Assembly: GCA_965230995.1 (NCBI GenBank)
Contig: OZ246398.1
Span: 592,213-656,212 of the forward strand
DNA length: 64,000 nucleotides
Direction: 5' to 3'
Origin: an uncultured Candidatus Saccharibacteria bacterium
Lineage (GTDB): Bacteria > Patescibacteriota > Minisyncoccia > Phycocordibacterales > G965230995
Shown: in pieces, positions 36,816-45,903 of the stretch
Numbering within the stretch: position 1 is the first letter of the stretch
Layout: every line of letters begins with the position of its first letter
Position numbers and translations under genes: made by a program
The notes under the pieces: model-generated
The model's database searches: none
Seen by the model: only the letters and a program-made list of their open reading frames with translations
What the model was told of the DNA's origin: nothing

Positions 36816-36981
36816 TATCGAGAAATAATGATTTTAATATGGAAAAAATAGCAGTTTGTGCTATATTATGAAAGTTCTAAATAGAACAATGGCCTTATCG
36901 TTAAATGAAGAAAGGAGCGATAGCGACTATTCTGAATTTATGCCAGAGCCAAAAATATAGAGACATAATTGAATATAAATT

Positions 36982-37053
36982 GGCCTTATCGTCTAACGGT
37001 TAGGACGAAGCCTTCTCAAGGCTTAAATCGGGGTTCGATTCCCCGTAAGGTCA
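36982..37053 (+). tRNA. tRNA-Glu (anticodon CTC)
   Basis: Acceptor stem GGCCTTA/TAAGGTC, anticodon arm AAGCC-TTCTCAA-GGCTT, T arm CGGGG-TTCGATT-CCCCG; CCA not encoded. Confidence 0.95.
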
Positions 37054-37410
37054 CATAAAACAGTTAGTCCGGATGCGAATAGCATTCGGGCTTTACTGTT
37101 TTACTGAACATATGGGAATCGAAAGACGGAGCCGGTATACAAGATTTTACGAAATGAAATGGAGTAAAATACTTGTCGGCGAGTCGGGGTCGCGACCTTC
37201 GTTGCGGAGATTTATCGAAGCAGAAGAGTTGTGACCGATTCCCCGTTTGAAGTGATAGCGAACAATTATACTTAGTGACTCGTGATCACAGCAATTAAAT
37301 AAATAGGAAACCTATACTGTCCATGTAATGGAAGATTTCCCGTAGGGATACATCTCCCATAACTTTAAATATGGCATTTTGGAATAATACGCAATGGAAT
37401 ATTATTATAT

Positions 37411-37638
37411 ATGCATATGCCAAGAGCAATTTATAATGATGAACATAAGGAAATTATTGAACGCTTAAAACAGGCTCGTCTTGAAGCTGATCTCGGTCAA
37501 ATTGAAGTAGCTGAAAAACTCGGCAGAACTCAGTCATATGTCTCAAAAATAGAATCGGGACAGAGACGCCTTGACGTTTTGCAACTTAAAGAGTTTGCAA
37601 AACTTTATAAAAAATCGCTAGATTTTTTCGTTAAATAA
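37411..37638 (+). CDS. XRE-family HTH protein, probable R-M controller (C) protein
   Basis: LKQARLEADLGQIEVAEKLGRTQSYVSKIESG; lies 2 nt upstream of the endonuclease gene. Confidence 0.85.
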   Translation: MHMPRAIYNDEHKEIIERLKQARLEADLGQIEVAEKLGRTQSYVSKIESGQRRLDVLQLKEFAKLYKKSLDFFVK

Positions 37639-37640
37639 TT

Positions 37641-38213
37641 ATGAAAATTTTAGAACATAAAGCAAAAGTATTTGGTCAAGAATGTAAGCTTGAACTTATG
37701 CATTTTAATAAAAATGATGGAAAGGAATGGAAAAGAATTTTTGATATTTGGAAAGAGTTAAAGCTTGGTTTGAGAGGTTATAAATCCCGTGAACCAAATA
37801 TGCCTGAGGGCTTATCAGAAGTCGCCTTTTGTCTTTGGTCGGGTTCTGCGAGATATATAAAATTAAAAGGCGCCAAGAAAGGAATAGCTGGTTCATTTGA
37901 TACTTTTAATTTAAAGTCAAACAAGGCTCAACAAATAAAAGCTTGTAGTATTGAAGATGATCTAACTTCCTTTGGACCAAAATCAAAATGGGACGATTTG
38001 TATTTTGTGGATTTTTATAACGGCGGTAAAATTGATGGTAAATTTGATATCTATTTAATTCCTAATAAATACATCAAAAATCAATCATTGAATAAGAAAG
38101 AATCTTTTACAGATCAGCAGGCACAAAAAAGACGACCTCGTTTTGGAATTAAAAAACAAATTATTACAAAATATAAAATCAAACCTCTAGCTAGTAAGGT
38201 AAAAGTTTGGTAA
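37641..38213 (+). CDS. Type II restriction endonuclease, Bsp6I-like
   Basis: NMPEGLSE, QIKACS, DLTSFGP, QQAQKRRPRF recalled as Bsp6I-family motifs; converges on a C5 methyltransferase. Confidence 0.8.
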   Translation: MKILEHKAKVFGQECKLELMHFNKNDGKEWKRIFDIWKELKLGLRGYKSREPNMPEGLSEVAFCLWSGSARYIKLKGAKKGIAGSFDTFNLKSNKAQQIKACSIEDDLTSFGPKSKWDDLYFVDFYNGGKIDGKFDIYLIPNKYIKNQSLNKKESFTDQQAQKRRPRFGIKKQIITKYKIKPLASKVKVW

Positions 38214-39791
38214 TTACTCCATTGCTTTCATCATTTGTTTTGCTACAGCTTCAACGACAGGTACACTCACAGAATTTCCAGCTTGTTTGTATAGTGCTGA
38301 GTCAGATATTTTTGGTAAAATATAATCTTTTGGAAAACCCTGTATCCTAAAGCATTCTAATGGTGTCAGCTTTCGGATGCCTTTCTTGTCCTTAATAATT
38401 GGAACATTGTGCCCACCTGTACCCATGTTTGCGGTTAATGTCGGACAAACTCCACTTTTATTTTCCCTTACATATTGCCTTCTCCATTGATAAACTTTAC
38501 CTTCCTCTTTTACTACATTTTTAAGTTTCTCAAACAATGGTTTACCGTTGTAATAATATTTTTCTGAGACATTACTCTCTAATAAATCAGTTATTTTTGT
38601 TGTTAATTTAATTGGGCTTGGAAACTCAAACCTATCTAAATATATTTTGTTCTTAAAACCAACAATATAAATTCTTTCACGATTTTGAGGAATATTTCCG
38701 TATTCCATTGTGTTTAGGACTTTTACTTTTACATGATAACCCAGGTCTTTTAATGCATCCTCAATAATTTTAAAAGTTTTTCCACCATCATGACTTTTTA
38801 GATTCTTAACATTTTCTAAAAGAAAACCTTCTGGTTTTCTTGCTTCCAAAATACGAGCAATATCAAAAAATAAGTTTCCTCTACCCTTCTCATCATTAAA
38901 CCCCTGTCTATATCCCGCAATAGAAAATGCCTGGCAAGGAAAACCACCTAAAAGAAAATCGAACTTTGGGAGATCATCTATTCCAATTTTTCTTATATCC
39001 TCGACAACCAATTTTGAATCTCTAAAATTCAGATCATAAGTATCCTTACATCGTGTTTCAAAATCGTTTGCAAAAACAGTTTTAAACCCTGCGTTTTCAA
39101 AGCCCAAGCGAATACCACCAACTCCAGCAAATAAATCTATTGTTTTAAACCCATGTTTTGTTTTCTTTTGCTCAAATTCTTTAGGTTCATTATTTGGGTT
39201 ACTAATAACCTGAATTACAACACCCCGAACCTCTACGAACTCTCTAAAAAGAGATTTCATATTTGGGTTCCTTGGTTCAAGTCTGAACCTATCTTTTTCT
39301 TTATAAAGTCTTTTAAGAGTTGCTTCATTTTCGTCAATAATTGCAACAACGGTTTGTCCATTTTCTGCAACAGATTGCTGTTTTATAACAACAATATCGC
39401 CATCAAAAATTCCGTCATCAATCATAGAATCACCCACAACACGGAGGGCATAATATCCTTCGGCTGTTTTAATTTGAGGATTGATTACAGAAACAGAGCC
39501 ATCTCTTTCTTCAATTGCTGGAAGTGGATATCCGGCTTTTATACTTCCAATTATTGGAATTTCTACAATTGACCTTATTTCTTTTTTAGGAGCTAAACTT
39601 CTAGCGGAATTTTCTGATTTTGAAAGATATCCCTTTGTCTTTAGTGAATTGATATGTTCGTGAACTGTAGATACTGCTTTTAGTTTTAGTTTTTTTCTTA
39701 TTTCCTCGATAGTGGGAGCTATACCATTTTCACCAATATATAGATTTATAAAGTCAAAGACTTGTTTTTGTTTTTTTGTAAGGCTTGGCAT
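38214..39791 (-). CDS. LexA repressor fused to a DNA (cytosine-5) methyltransferase
   Basis: LexA part: LTKKQ, PTIEEI, Ala-Gly site IKAGYP, GDSM, TLKR. MTase part: DLFAGVGG, GFPCQ, ENV, PQNRER, QAGNSV. No internal stop. Confidence 0.93.
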   Translation of the reverse strand: MPSLTKKQKQVFDFINLYIGENGIAPTIEEIRKKLKLKAVSTVHEHINSLKTKGYLSKSENSARSLAPKKEIRSIVEIPIIGSIKAGYPLPAIEERDGSVSVINPQIKTAEGYYALRVVGDSMIDDGIFDGDIVVIKQQSVAENGQTVVAIIDENEATLKRLYKEKDRFRLEPRNPNMKSLFREFVEVRGVVIQVISNPNNEPKEFEQKKTKHGFKTIDLFAGVGGIRLGFENAGFKTVFANDFETRCKDTYDLNFRDSKLVVEDIRKIGIDDLPKFDFLLGGFPCQAFSIAGYRQGFNDEKGRGNLFFDIARILEARKPEGFLLENVKNLKSHDGGKTFKIIEDALKDLGYHVKVKVLNTMEYGNIPQNRERIYIVGFKNKIYLDRFEFPSPIKLTTKITDLLESNVSEKYYYNGKPLFEKLKNVVKEEGKVYQWRRQYVRENKSGVCPTLTANMGTGGHNVPIIKDKKGIRKLTPLECFRIQGFPKDYILPKISDSALYKQAGNSVSVPVVEAVAKQMMKAME

Positions 39792-39824
39792 ATTGTATTT
39801 AAAATACTATTGAGCTACAATTAT

Positions 39825-39847
39825 ATTATAACCGAACAAAAACCGAA
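39825..39847 (-). promoter_or_regulatory. -10 box with an adjacent direct-repeat operator candidate (TTCGG-N6-TTCGG)
   Basis: Minus strand reads TTCGGTTTTTGTTCGGTTATAAT upstream of the lexA-MTase start. Confidence 0.55.
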
Positions 39848-39881
39848 AAGTAAGGCTACTTATCCACAATCAAGTAAGTAT

Positions 39882-40460
39882 ATGATTTCAGAAAAAGAAT
39901 TTAAAGAAAAATTAATCACCAAATTAAATTTTATTAATTCTGGTTGGAGAGATGGTGATCTAGATTTATTTTTAGGGCCAAAGTCGGATATTATCAATGA
40001 TCAGTTAAAAGTCGCCATAGAAATTAAGGATGACACAAAATTTAATAGGAGAATGCCGACAACCTCTGGAGAAATAGTATTGAATGGAACGAATCTTTCA
40101 GAAAAAAATAGACAGTTCAAAGATGACATTAAAAGTGCCAACAAAAAATTTAAGAGTTATATTGGATACAAAACAATATTATTATTAAGAACAGAGATGA
40201 TAGATTTCTTTTCTGATATTGTAAATTACACAATTGATGGACCAAGATCATTTGCAAAGATTAATGGAGAACTAGTCTGTGCTGGTAGACCTAGCACATT
40301 TTGGTCTGGTCACGATAAAAGCACAGCAGAAGTGGGGGGAATATTATTTTGGGGAAACAGATGCACTTATAGGATAAATGAAAATCCAAATATAAATAAG
40401 AAAAGAATTATTGATAAAATTGATTTGGAAAAAATGATGAATATTAGTATTGATCTATAG
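39882..40460 (+). CDS. Hypothetical protein, possible PD-(D/E)xK nuclease fold
   Basis: KSDII...AIEIKD; AT-rich; next to the R-M genes. Start moved to MISEK. Confidence 0.5.
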   Translation: MISEKEFKEKLITKLNFINSGWRDGDLDLFLGPKSDIINDQLKVAIEIKDDTKFNRRMPTTSGEIVLNGTNLSEKNRQFKDDIKSANKKFKSYIGYKTILLLRTEMIDFFSDIVNYTIDGPRSFAKINGELVCAGRPSTFWSGHDKSTAEVGGILFWGNRCTYRINENPNINKKRIIDKIDLEKMMNISIDL

Positions 40461-40478
40461 ATTTATTATAAAACATAA

Positions 40479-41777
40479 TCACCTCCTCCCCCACTCTTCC
40501 TCCTGCCTCACAAGAAGGCTTTCGGCAAGCTGTGGCTCTGCCATTATTTCAAGCACCGCCTTTTCCATTCGAATTGATTGAGACCCCTTTATCAAAACTG
40601 TATCGTATGGATCGACAATTCCTTCGAGGAATTTTCCTGCAATTTGTGAATCTTCGAATTGATATAATTTCTTTTCACTAAAACCGTTTTCTAGAGCGCC
40701 CTCGGCAATCTTTCTCGCACGTACACCGACTGTAACCAAAACATCGGCGACTTCGGCACATATCTTGCCTATTTCTTTGTGCTCTTCGACTGAATATTGT
40801 CCCAATTCCATCATATCCCCTAGCACAGCAATTTTCTTTTGTTCAGTCTGTTCTTTAATCTGTCTCAAAGTCTCTAATGCTTCTCTCATTGCAATTGGTG
40901 AGGCATTGTATGTATCGTCAATGATCAAAGAATGTTTGATACCGGAAATGAGTCTCATTCTTCCTGGTGGTGTTATGTGCTCCATCATTACTGAAGACAA
41001 TTCGACACCATTTATTCCAAAGACCTTTGCTACTCCTATAGCACCAAGGATTGGATAAATATGTTGTTTTCCTATTGCCCCGATTAGGTTAAATGGAACA
41101 CTGTTTCCTTCGTAATCTATACGAAAATTAATTCCAGTTGGTCTGTCTGAATTATCGTAAGAGATTTCATAATTTGAAGCTTTAAAATATGAGCCATCTC
41201 CCAATCCAAAAGAATATCTTTTTGCCTTTGTTTTTTCTTTTGCAAGGTGAGCCTTTTCGTCGTCTTCGATATATATTAGTGTACCTGTTTCTTTTAGAGC
41301 AGAAACTAGATATGATTTTTCTTTTACTAATTCATCACTGTCTTTAAAATATTCCACGTGAACTGGAGTTTTGCCGATTGCGGTAAATACGACAACATCT
41401 GGCTTTATCCATTTTGAAACTCTACGAATATCCCCCGGCCTGTCTGCACCTATTTCGAGGACAAGTATTTCCGGATATTTTGATCTAAATATTATTAAAA
41501 GAAAGCCTTCGATAAAATTCCTAATCCACAAAAATGGATTCGCCCATCCATTTTCACAATTTAAAATAGTGAGAGGTATTCCTATTTCGCTATTAAAACT
41601 CTTTTGGCTTTTTCTTGTATTAAATTTATCTTTGAGTGCTGTATATATTGCATCCTTTGTCGATGTTTTTCCTACACTACCGGTTATGGCAACGATCTTT
41701 GGTTTGTATTTTGCGAGAACTAGTCTGGCTTCTAAAATTAGTACGCTTTGGATAACCGATTTTAAAAATGATTTCAT
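40479..41777 (-). CDS. murF: UDP-MurNAc-tripeptide--D-Ala-D-Ala ligase
   Basis: ITGSVGKTSTK, NSEIGIP, GRM, DDTYNASP, LGDMMELG, KGS. Confidence 0.92.
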   Translation of the reverse strand: MKSFLKSVIQSVLILEARLVLAKYKPKIVAITGSVGKTSTKDAIYTALKDKFNTRKSQKSFNSEIGIPLTILNCENGWANPFLWIRNFIEGFLLIIFRSKYPEILVLEIGADRPGDIRRVSKWIKPDVVVFTAIGKTPVHVEYFKDSDELVKEKSYLVSALKETGTLIYIEDDEKAHLAKEKTKAKRYSFGLGDGSYFKASNYEISYDNSDRPTGINFRIDYEGNSVPFNLIGAIGKQHIYPILGAIGVAKVFGINGVELSSVMMEHITPPGRMRLISGIKHSLIIDDTYNASPIAMREALETLRQIKEQTEQKKIAVLGDMMELGQYSVEEHKEIGKICAEVADVLVTVGVRARKIAEGALENGFSEKKLYQFEDSQIAGKFLEGIVDPYDTVLIKGSQSIRMEKAVLEIMAEPQLAESLLVRQEEEWGRR

Positions 41778-43492
41778 ATTTTATTTTGCCTGTCAGGCAC
41801 TATCTCATAATAATGCAAAAGAAACTTCGCAATGTCCATAAAGCTAGCTGTTAATGTGTCGGAAGCGTACTGGACACCTTTTGGTTCTACTGTAAACAGA
41901 AAGACTATGAATTCTGGGTTTCGAGCTGGAAAATATCCAAAAAATGAGTGGAGGAATTTGTCAGCATAATATCCGCCGTTCTTTGCATCAGCAATCTGTG
42001 CTGTTCCGGTCTTTGCAGCAACGGTGTAATTATCAATTTTCGATTTTCCGCTATTTAATGCTTCGTCTACGGCTTTGATTAGCATATTCGTAACAGATTG
42101 GGCGGTTTCTTTTTTCATTACTTGGACCGGAGCTGGGTATTCTATTTTCTTTGAAATTCCTGATTTATTTTTGATTGATACACCTATATGTGGTGTCACC
42201 ATTTTACCTTCGTTTGCAAGACTTGATAGTGATTTTATTAGCGACATCGGAGAGAGCGCAATTCCCTGCCCAAAAGATGCCGTCGCCAGCTCTATCATTC
42301 TGTTGCTATCTAGGTTTTTTGTAAGGCCTGATGATTCGTTTGGCAAATCAATTCCAGATTTTTGACCAATTCCAAATGATTTAAAATATGTAGGAAATTT
42401 TTCTGTTCCAACACTTTCTGCGATAAATGAAGCTCCGACGTTTAGAGAATGACTGAGGATATCTTGGATTGTTGATAAACCTCGTGATAATTTGTCGTGG
42501 TTGGAAATAGTCTTTCCATTATAGGTAACGCTTCCTTTGTCTATGTATGTTGTTTGTTCTGTAATTGCTCCAGAATCAAGCCCAACTGCAACTGTTAGGG
42601 GTTTAATAACAGAACCCATTTCGTAGACATTTTCTGTTAGAGGGTTACTAAAAACAGAAACGTCTTTTACAGAACCAAAATTGTTTGGATCAAATGATGG
42701 GTAGCTTCCGAGAGCAAGTATCTCGCCTGTTTTTGGATCCATAATAATTCCACCTGTAATTTTTGAACTATATGTTTTTTGTACTTTGTTTATTACACCA
42801 TCTAAATAACCCTGGACTGATGGTTCAATACTGGTGACCAAATCACCTTTCTGTTCTGAATCAAAAATATTTTCTTTTAAGTTTAGAAAAACATCCGCAA
42901 AAAAATTAACTTTCGAAGAACTGCCGTCTCGTGATAGCAAATCTTCGTAATATCTTTCGAGTCCGTAACGACCAGATAGAGATTCTGTTTTGTCATCATA
43001 ACCGACAAAGCCAACTGTCTGAGACGCCAATTCTGCAAATGGATAATATCGCCATTTGTCTTTGTACAACCGAACACCCTTTTGTCCTAGTGAAGCAATT
43101 CTTGAGGCTTGTTCACTGGTTAGATTTTTTGCTACTTCTTCGAATGGATCATCTTTCTTTTGGGCCTTCTTCATAAAATCTACCTCGTTTAGGGTCACTA
43201 CAGAAGAAAGGAGATTGAACAAATCTTCTGGTTCTGTAATTTCTTTTGGCACAATTGCCATATAATATCCTGATTGTAGTGTTGCCCCCGAGACAACTGT
43301 GCCGTCTTTTGTGGTAAAGAAAATAGAGCCTCTTTCAAAGGTTTTTGAAGGTGCTGATACATATTGTCTATCGGCTTGTTCCCTAAAGCTTTCGCCTTGG
43401 ACTATTTGCAGGCTATAAAGCCTGTACACCAAAACAGTAGTAAGTAGGACTAAAATTCCGGATATAAGTCTTATTCTGCTCTTAAACGACAT
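41774..43492 (-). CDS. ftsI: Division penicillin-binding protein (PBP3/FtsI)
   Basis: RYYP, GLERYY, EMGSVIKP, SLN, KTGTAQ; follows mraZ-rsmH-ftsL. Confidence 0.9.
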   Translation of the reverse strand: MSFKSRIRLISGILVLLTTVLVYRLYSLQIVQGESFREQADRQYVSAPSKTFERGSIFFTTKDGTVVSGATLQSGYYMAIVPKEITEPEDLFNLLSSVVTLNEVDFMKKAQKKDDPFEEVAKNLTSEQASRIASLGQKGVRLYKDKWRYYPFAELASQTVGFVGYDDKTESLSGRYGLERYYEDLLSRDGSSSKVNFFADVFLNLKENIFDSEQKGDLVTSIEPSVQGYLDGVINKVQKTYSSKITGGIIMDPKTGEILALGSYPSFDPNNFGSVKDVSVFSNPLTENVYEMGSVIKPLTVAVGLDSGAITEQTTYIDKGSVTYNGKTISNHDKLSRGLSTIQDILSHSLNVGASFIAESVGTEKFPTYFKSFGIGQKSGIDLPNESSGLTKNLDSNRMIELATASFGQGIALSPMSLIKSLSSLANEGKMVTPHIGVSIKNKSGISKKIEYPAPVQVMKKETAQSVTNMLIKAVDEALNSGKSKIDNYTVAAKTGTAQIADAKNGGYYADKFLHSFFGYFPARNPEFIVFLFTVEPKGVQYASDTLTASFMDIAKFLLHYYEIVPDRQNKI

Positions 43493-43494
43493 AA

Positions 43495-43797
43495 TTAATT
43501 TGAACGAGATACTGAAGATGTCAAACCTGCGTATGTATAGGTGTTGTTTTTCATATCAACGAAGCCAAGTTCGTTTACTAGGTTGCTATCTATTTTTGAA
43601 TCGAGTTTGATGAATTTTGATTCTAGAACAGATAATTCTCCTCGCATACCAGCCATTTTTGATTCTGCTTCTTTTAATGATACAGCATTAAATACGCTAC
43701 TTGAGACGAGTATAAAATATAGAGCAACAAGAAAGACAGCAATTAAAGAAACGAACCAAAATGTTTTTCTATATTCAGATGTTAGTATTTTTATCAT
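43495..43797 (-). CDS. FtsL-like cell division protein
   Basis: TM helix plus coiled coil ending ELGF; lies between rsmH and ftsI. Confidence 0.65.
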   Translation of the reverse strand: MIKILTSEYRKTFWFVSLIAVFLVALYFILVSSSVFNAVSLKEAESKMAGMRGELSVLESKFIKLDSKIDSNLVNELGFVDMKNNTYTYAGLTSSVSRSN

Positions 43798-43798
43798 T

Positions 43799-44689
43799 TT
43801 AGTTTTTTATAAAGGTTCTTAATTTTGCACTTCTTGATCTTGGGTTTTCTTTTATTTCTTCTTCGGTTGCTATTTGTGGTTTTTTTGTAAGTGACTCTCC
43901 CAGTTCTTGTTTTTTCCATTCTCTGAATTGATCTTTGACTATTCTGTCCTCGAGACTATGGAAGGAAATTATCGATATTCTTCCGCCGGTATTTAATAAT
44001 GAAATTGATTTTGATAAGAGTTCTTTTAGAGCGGATAGTTCATCGTTGACTGCTATTCTGATTGCTTGGAAGGTTCTGGTTGCAGGATGGATTCTGCCTC
44101 TTTTGTACATTGCTGGAACGGCTGATTCAATTATCGAAACAAGTCTTGCCGTGGTTTCAATCGGAGCCTCGGTTCTCGCTTCTACGATTGCTCTTGAAAT
44201 TCTCTTTGCATATCTTTCTTCGCCGTAATATTTGATGATTGTAAAAATGTTTTCTTCGTCCCAAGTGTTGACCAGCTCTCTCGCGGTTAAATCATTCTCT
44301 TCTACCGGAGATTTCATATTCATAAGAAGTGGTTCGTCACGAAGAAATGAAAAACCTCTTTTTGATTCATCCATTTGGTCTGAAGAGAATCCTAGATCTG
44401 CAAGTATTCTGTCTGCTTTTTCAATTCCGTTTTGTGCGAGGGCTTTTTCTATTTCTCTGAAATTACTTGCGACTGGGATAATTTTGTTTTTTGTATCTGC
44501 TATGTCTTTGATTGCTGTTTCAAGGCTTGTTTTATCTTGATCCATTGCAATCAAAGTGGCATTAGAGATTGTCTGTAGAATTGCCCTAGAGTGTCCGCCA
44601 GCCCCGAATGTGCAATCAACAATTACATTGCCATCTTTGGCTGAAATTCCTTGTATTACTTCATTTAAAAGAACTGGCTTGTGAATCAT
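43799..44689 (-). CDS. rsmH: 16S rRNA m4C1402 methyltransferase
   Basis: HKPVLLNE, DCTFGAGGHS, DLGFSSDQ, HPATRTFQAIRI, FHSLEDR, NPRSRSAKLR. Confidence 0.98.
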   Translation of the reverse strand: MIHKPVLLNEVIQGISAKDGNVIVDCTFGAGGHSRAILQTISNATLIAMDQDKTSLETAIKDIADTKNKIIPVASNFREIEKALAQNGIEKADRILADLGFSSDQMDESKRGFSFLRDEPLLMNMKSPVEENDLTARELVNTWDEENIFTIIKYYGEERYAKRISRAIVEARTEAPIETTARLVSIIESAVPAMYKRGRIHPATRTFQAIRIAVNDELSALKELLSKSISLLNTGGRISIISFHSLEDRIVKDQFREWKKQELGESLTKKPQIATEEEIKENPRSRSAKLRTFIKN

Positions 44690-44693
44690 TGTT

Positions 44694-45128
44694 TTATATC
44701 ATTCCTATATCTCCGAGCTTTTCTGCCATCTCACCTGCATCTTTCTGAATTTTTGTCTTGTATGAATTCCATTTATCTTCGTTCCAAATTTCAATTCTGT
44801 TTGCGACTCCGGCAAAGACGACTTTTGTTGCAAGACCAGCAAAGTTTCGCAAAAAGTCTGGGATGAGAATTCTACCGAGAGAGTCAACATCGATTTCAGT
44901 TGCACCAGCGAGCATAAATCTTGCGAAGCCTCGAGTATCTGCCTGACCCATTCCGAGCGATGAAATCTTTTGAGATATTTTTTTCCATTCTGATATCGGA
45001 TATATAAACAGACAGTTATCGAGACCATGTGTGACGACAATTTTTTTACCCATTTCCTTTCTGAATTTTGAAGGAAGCGAGATTCTTTTTTTATCATCAA
45101 CTGTGTGTGTATATTCTCCGATTAGCAT
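44694..45128 (-). CDS. mraZ: Transcriptional regulator MraZ
   Basis: GEYTHTVDDKKR, GLDNCL, DSLGRILIP, IEIW. Confidence 0.97.
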   Translation of the reverse strand: MLIGEYTHTVDDKKRISLPSKFRKEMGKKIVVTHGLDNCLFIYPISEWKKISQKISSLGMGQADTRGFARFMLAGATEIDVDSLGRILIPDFLRNFAGLATKVVFAGVANRIEIWNEDKWNSYKTKIQKDAGEMAEKLGDIGMI

Positions 45129-45142
45129 TTTTTTCTTTGTAT

Positions 45143-45219
45143 TCCACTTTATCCCACTTGATATATATTGTATTACATTTCATCCCACTTTACAAAACAT
45201 GTTATCCACATTTGCCCAC
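45143..45219 (-). promoter_or_regulatory. MraZ-binding repeats (GTGGA/GTGGG, ~10-bp phasing)
   Basis: Plus-strand TCCAC/CCCAC at 45143, 45153, 45184, 45205 and 45215, upstream of mraZ. Confidence 0.7.
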
Positions 45220-45240
45220 AAAAATATGGCTCTGTTTAGC

Positions 45241-45280
45241 AACAAAAAACAGCTCCATTTTTTTGGAGCTGTTTTTTGTT
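45241..45280. terminator. Terminator downstream of greA
   Basis: AACAAAAAACAGCTCC/GGAGCTGTTTTTTGTT. Confidence 0.75.
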
Positions 45281-45294
45281 TTAAATTTATTTTG

Positions 45295-45756
45295 TTACTT
45301 TAAAGCTGTAATTTTGTATTCAATTTTTCCGTTTGGAGTTTCTACAAAAAAGCTATCGCCTTTCTTTTTTCCAACGACTCCAATACCAAATGGAGACTTT
45401 ACGGATATCTTGCCCTGGCTCATATCTGCTTCTTCGGAACCAACAATTGTGTAGACCAATTTCTTTCCTTTAAATTCTACAGTTACAACAGAGCCGACAG
45501 AAACTGCATTGCCTTCGTTTTTAGAAACGATAACAGCATGCTTGATTAATTTTTCAAGTCTGCCAATTCTATCTTCGAGATTTGCTTGAGCATCTCTTGC
45601 TTCGTGATATTCTGCATTTTCTGACAAGTCTCCGAGAGATTTTGCATATTCAAGCTGATCTGCTACTTCTTTTCTTTTTTCAGATCGAAGAAGCATGAGT
45701 TCTGCTTTTATCTCATCGTATTTTTCTTGTGTTAAATATTCAATTTCTTCTGGCAT
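45295..45756 (-). CDS. greA: Transcription elongation factor GreA
   Basis: GDLSENAEY, IVGSEEAD, ISVKSP. Confidence 0.97.
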   Translation of the reverse strand: MPEEIEYLTQEKYDEIKAELMLLRSEKRKEVADQLEYAKSLGDLSENAEYHEARDAQANLEDRIGRLEKLIKHAVIVSKNEGNAVSVGSVVTVEFKGKKLVYTIVGSEEADMSQGKISVKSPFGIGVVGKKKGDSFFVETPNGKIEYKITALK

Positions 45757-45903
45757 ATTTTTTATTATTTACTAATCTCCCGCGTGGTATTTCTGAAAGT
45801 TAGAATTTCATCAATTTGAGAGCCACAGTATATTATCAAATGTAGTGTAAAAGTCAATTTTTCTATATTTTGAGCCATTTTTTAGATATTTACAGATAGT
45901 ATT

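Noticed and set aside
37054-40478. Prophage or complete integrative element at tRNA-Glu
   Set aside because: No integrase, transposase or phage genes, and no distal tRNA 3' duplication near 40460.
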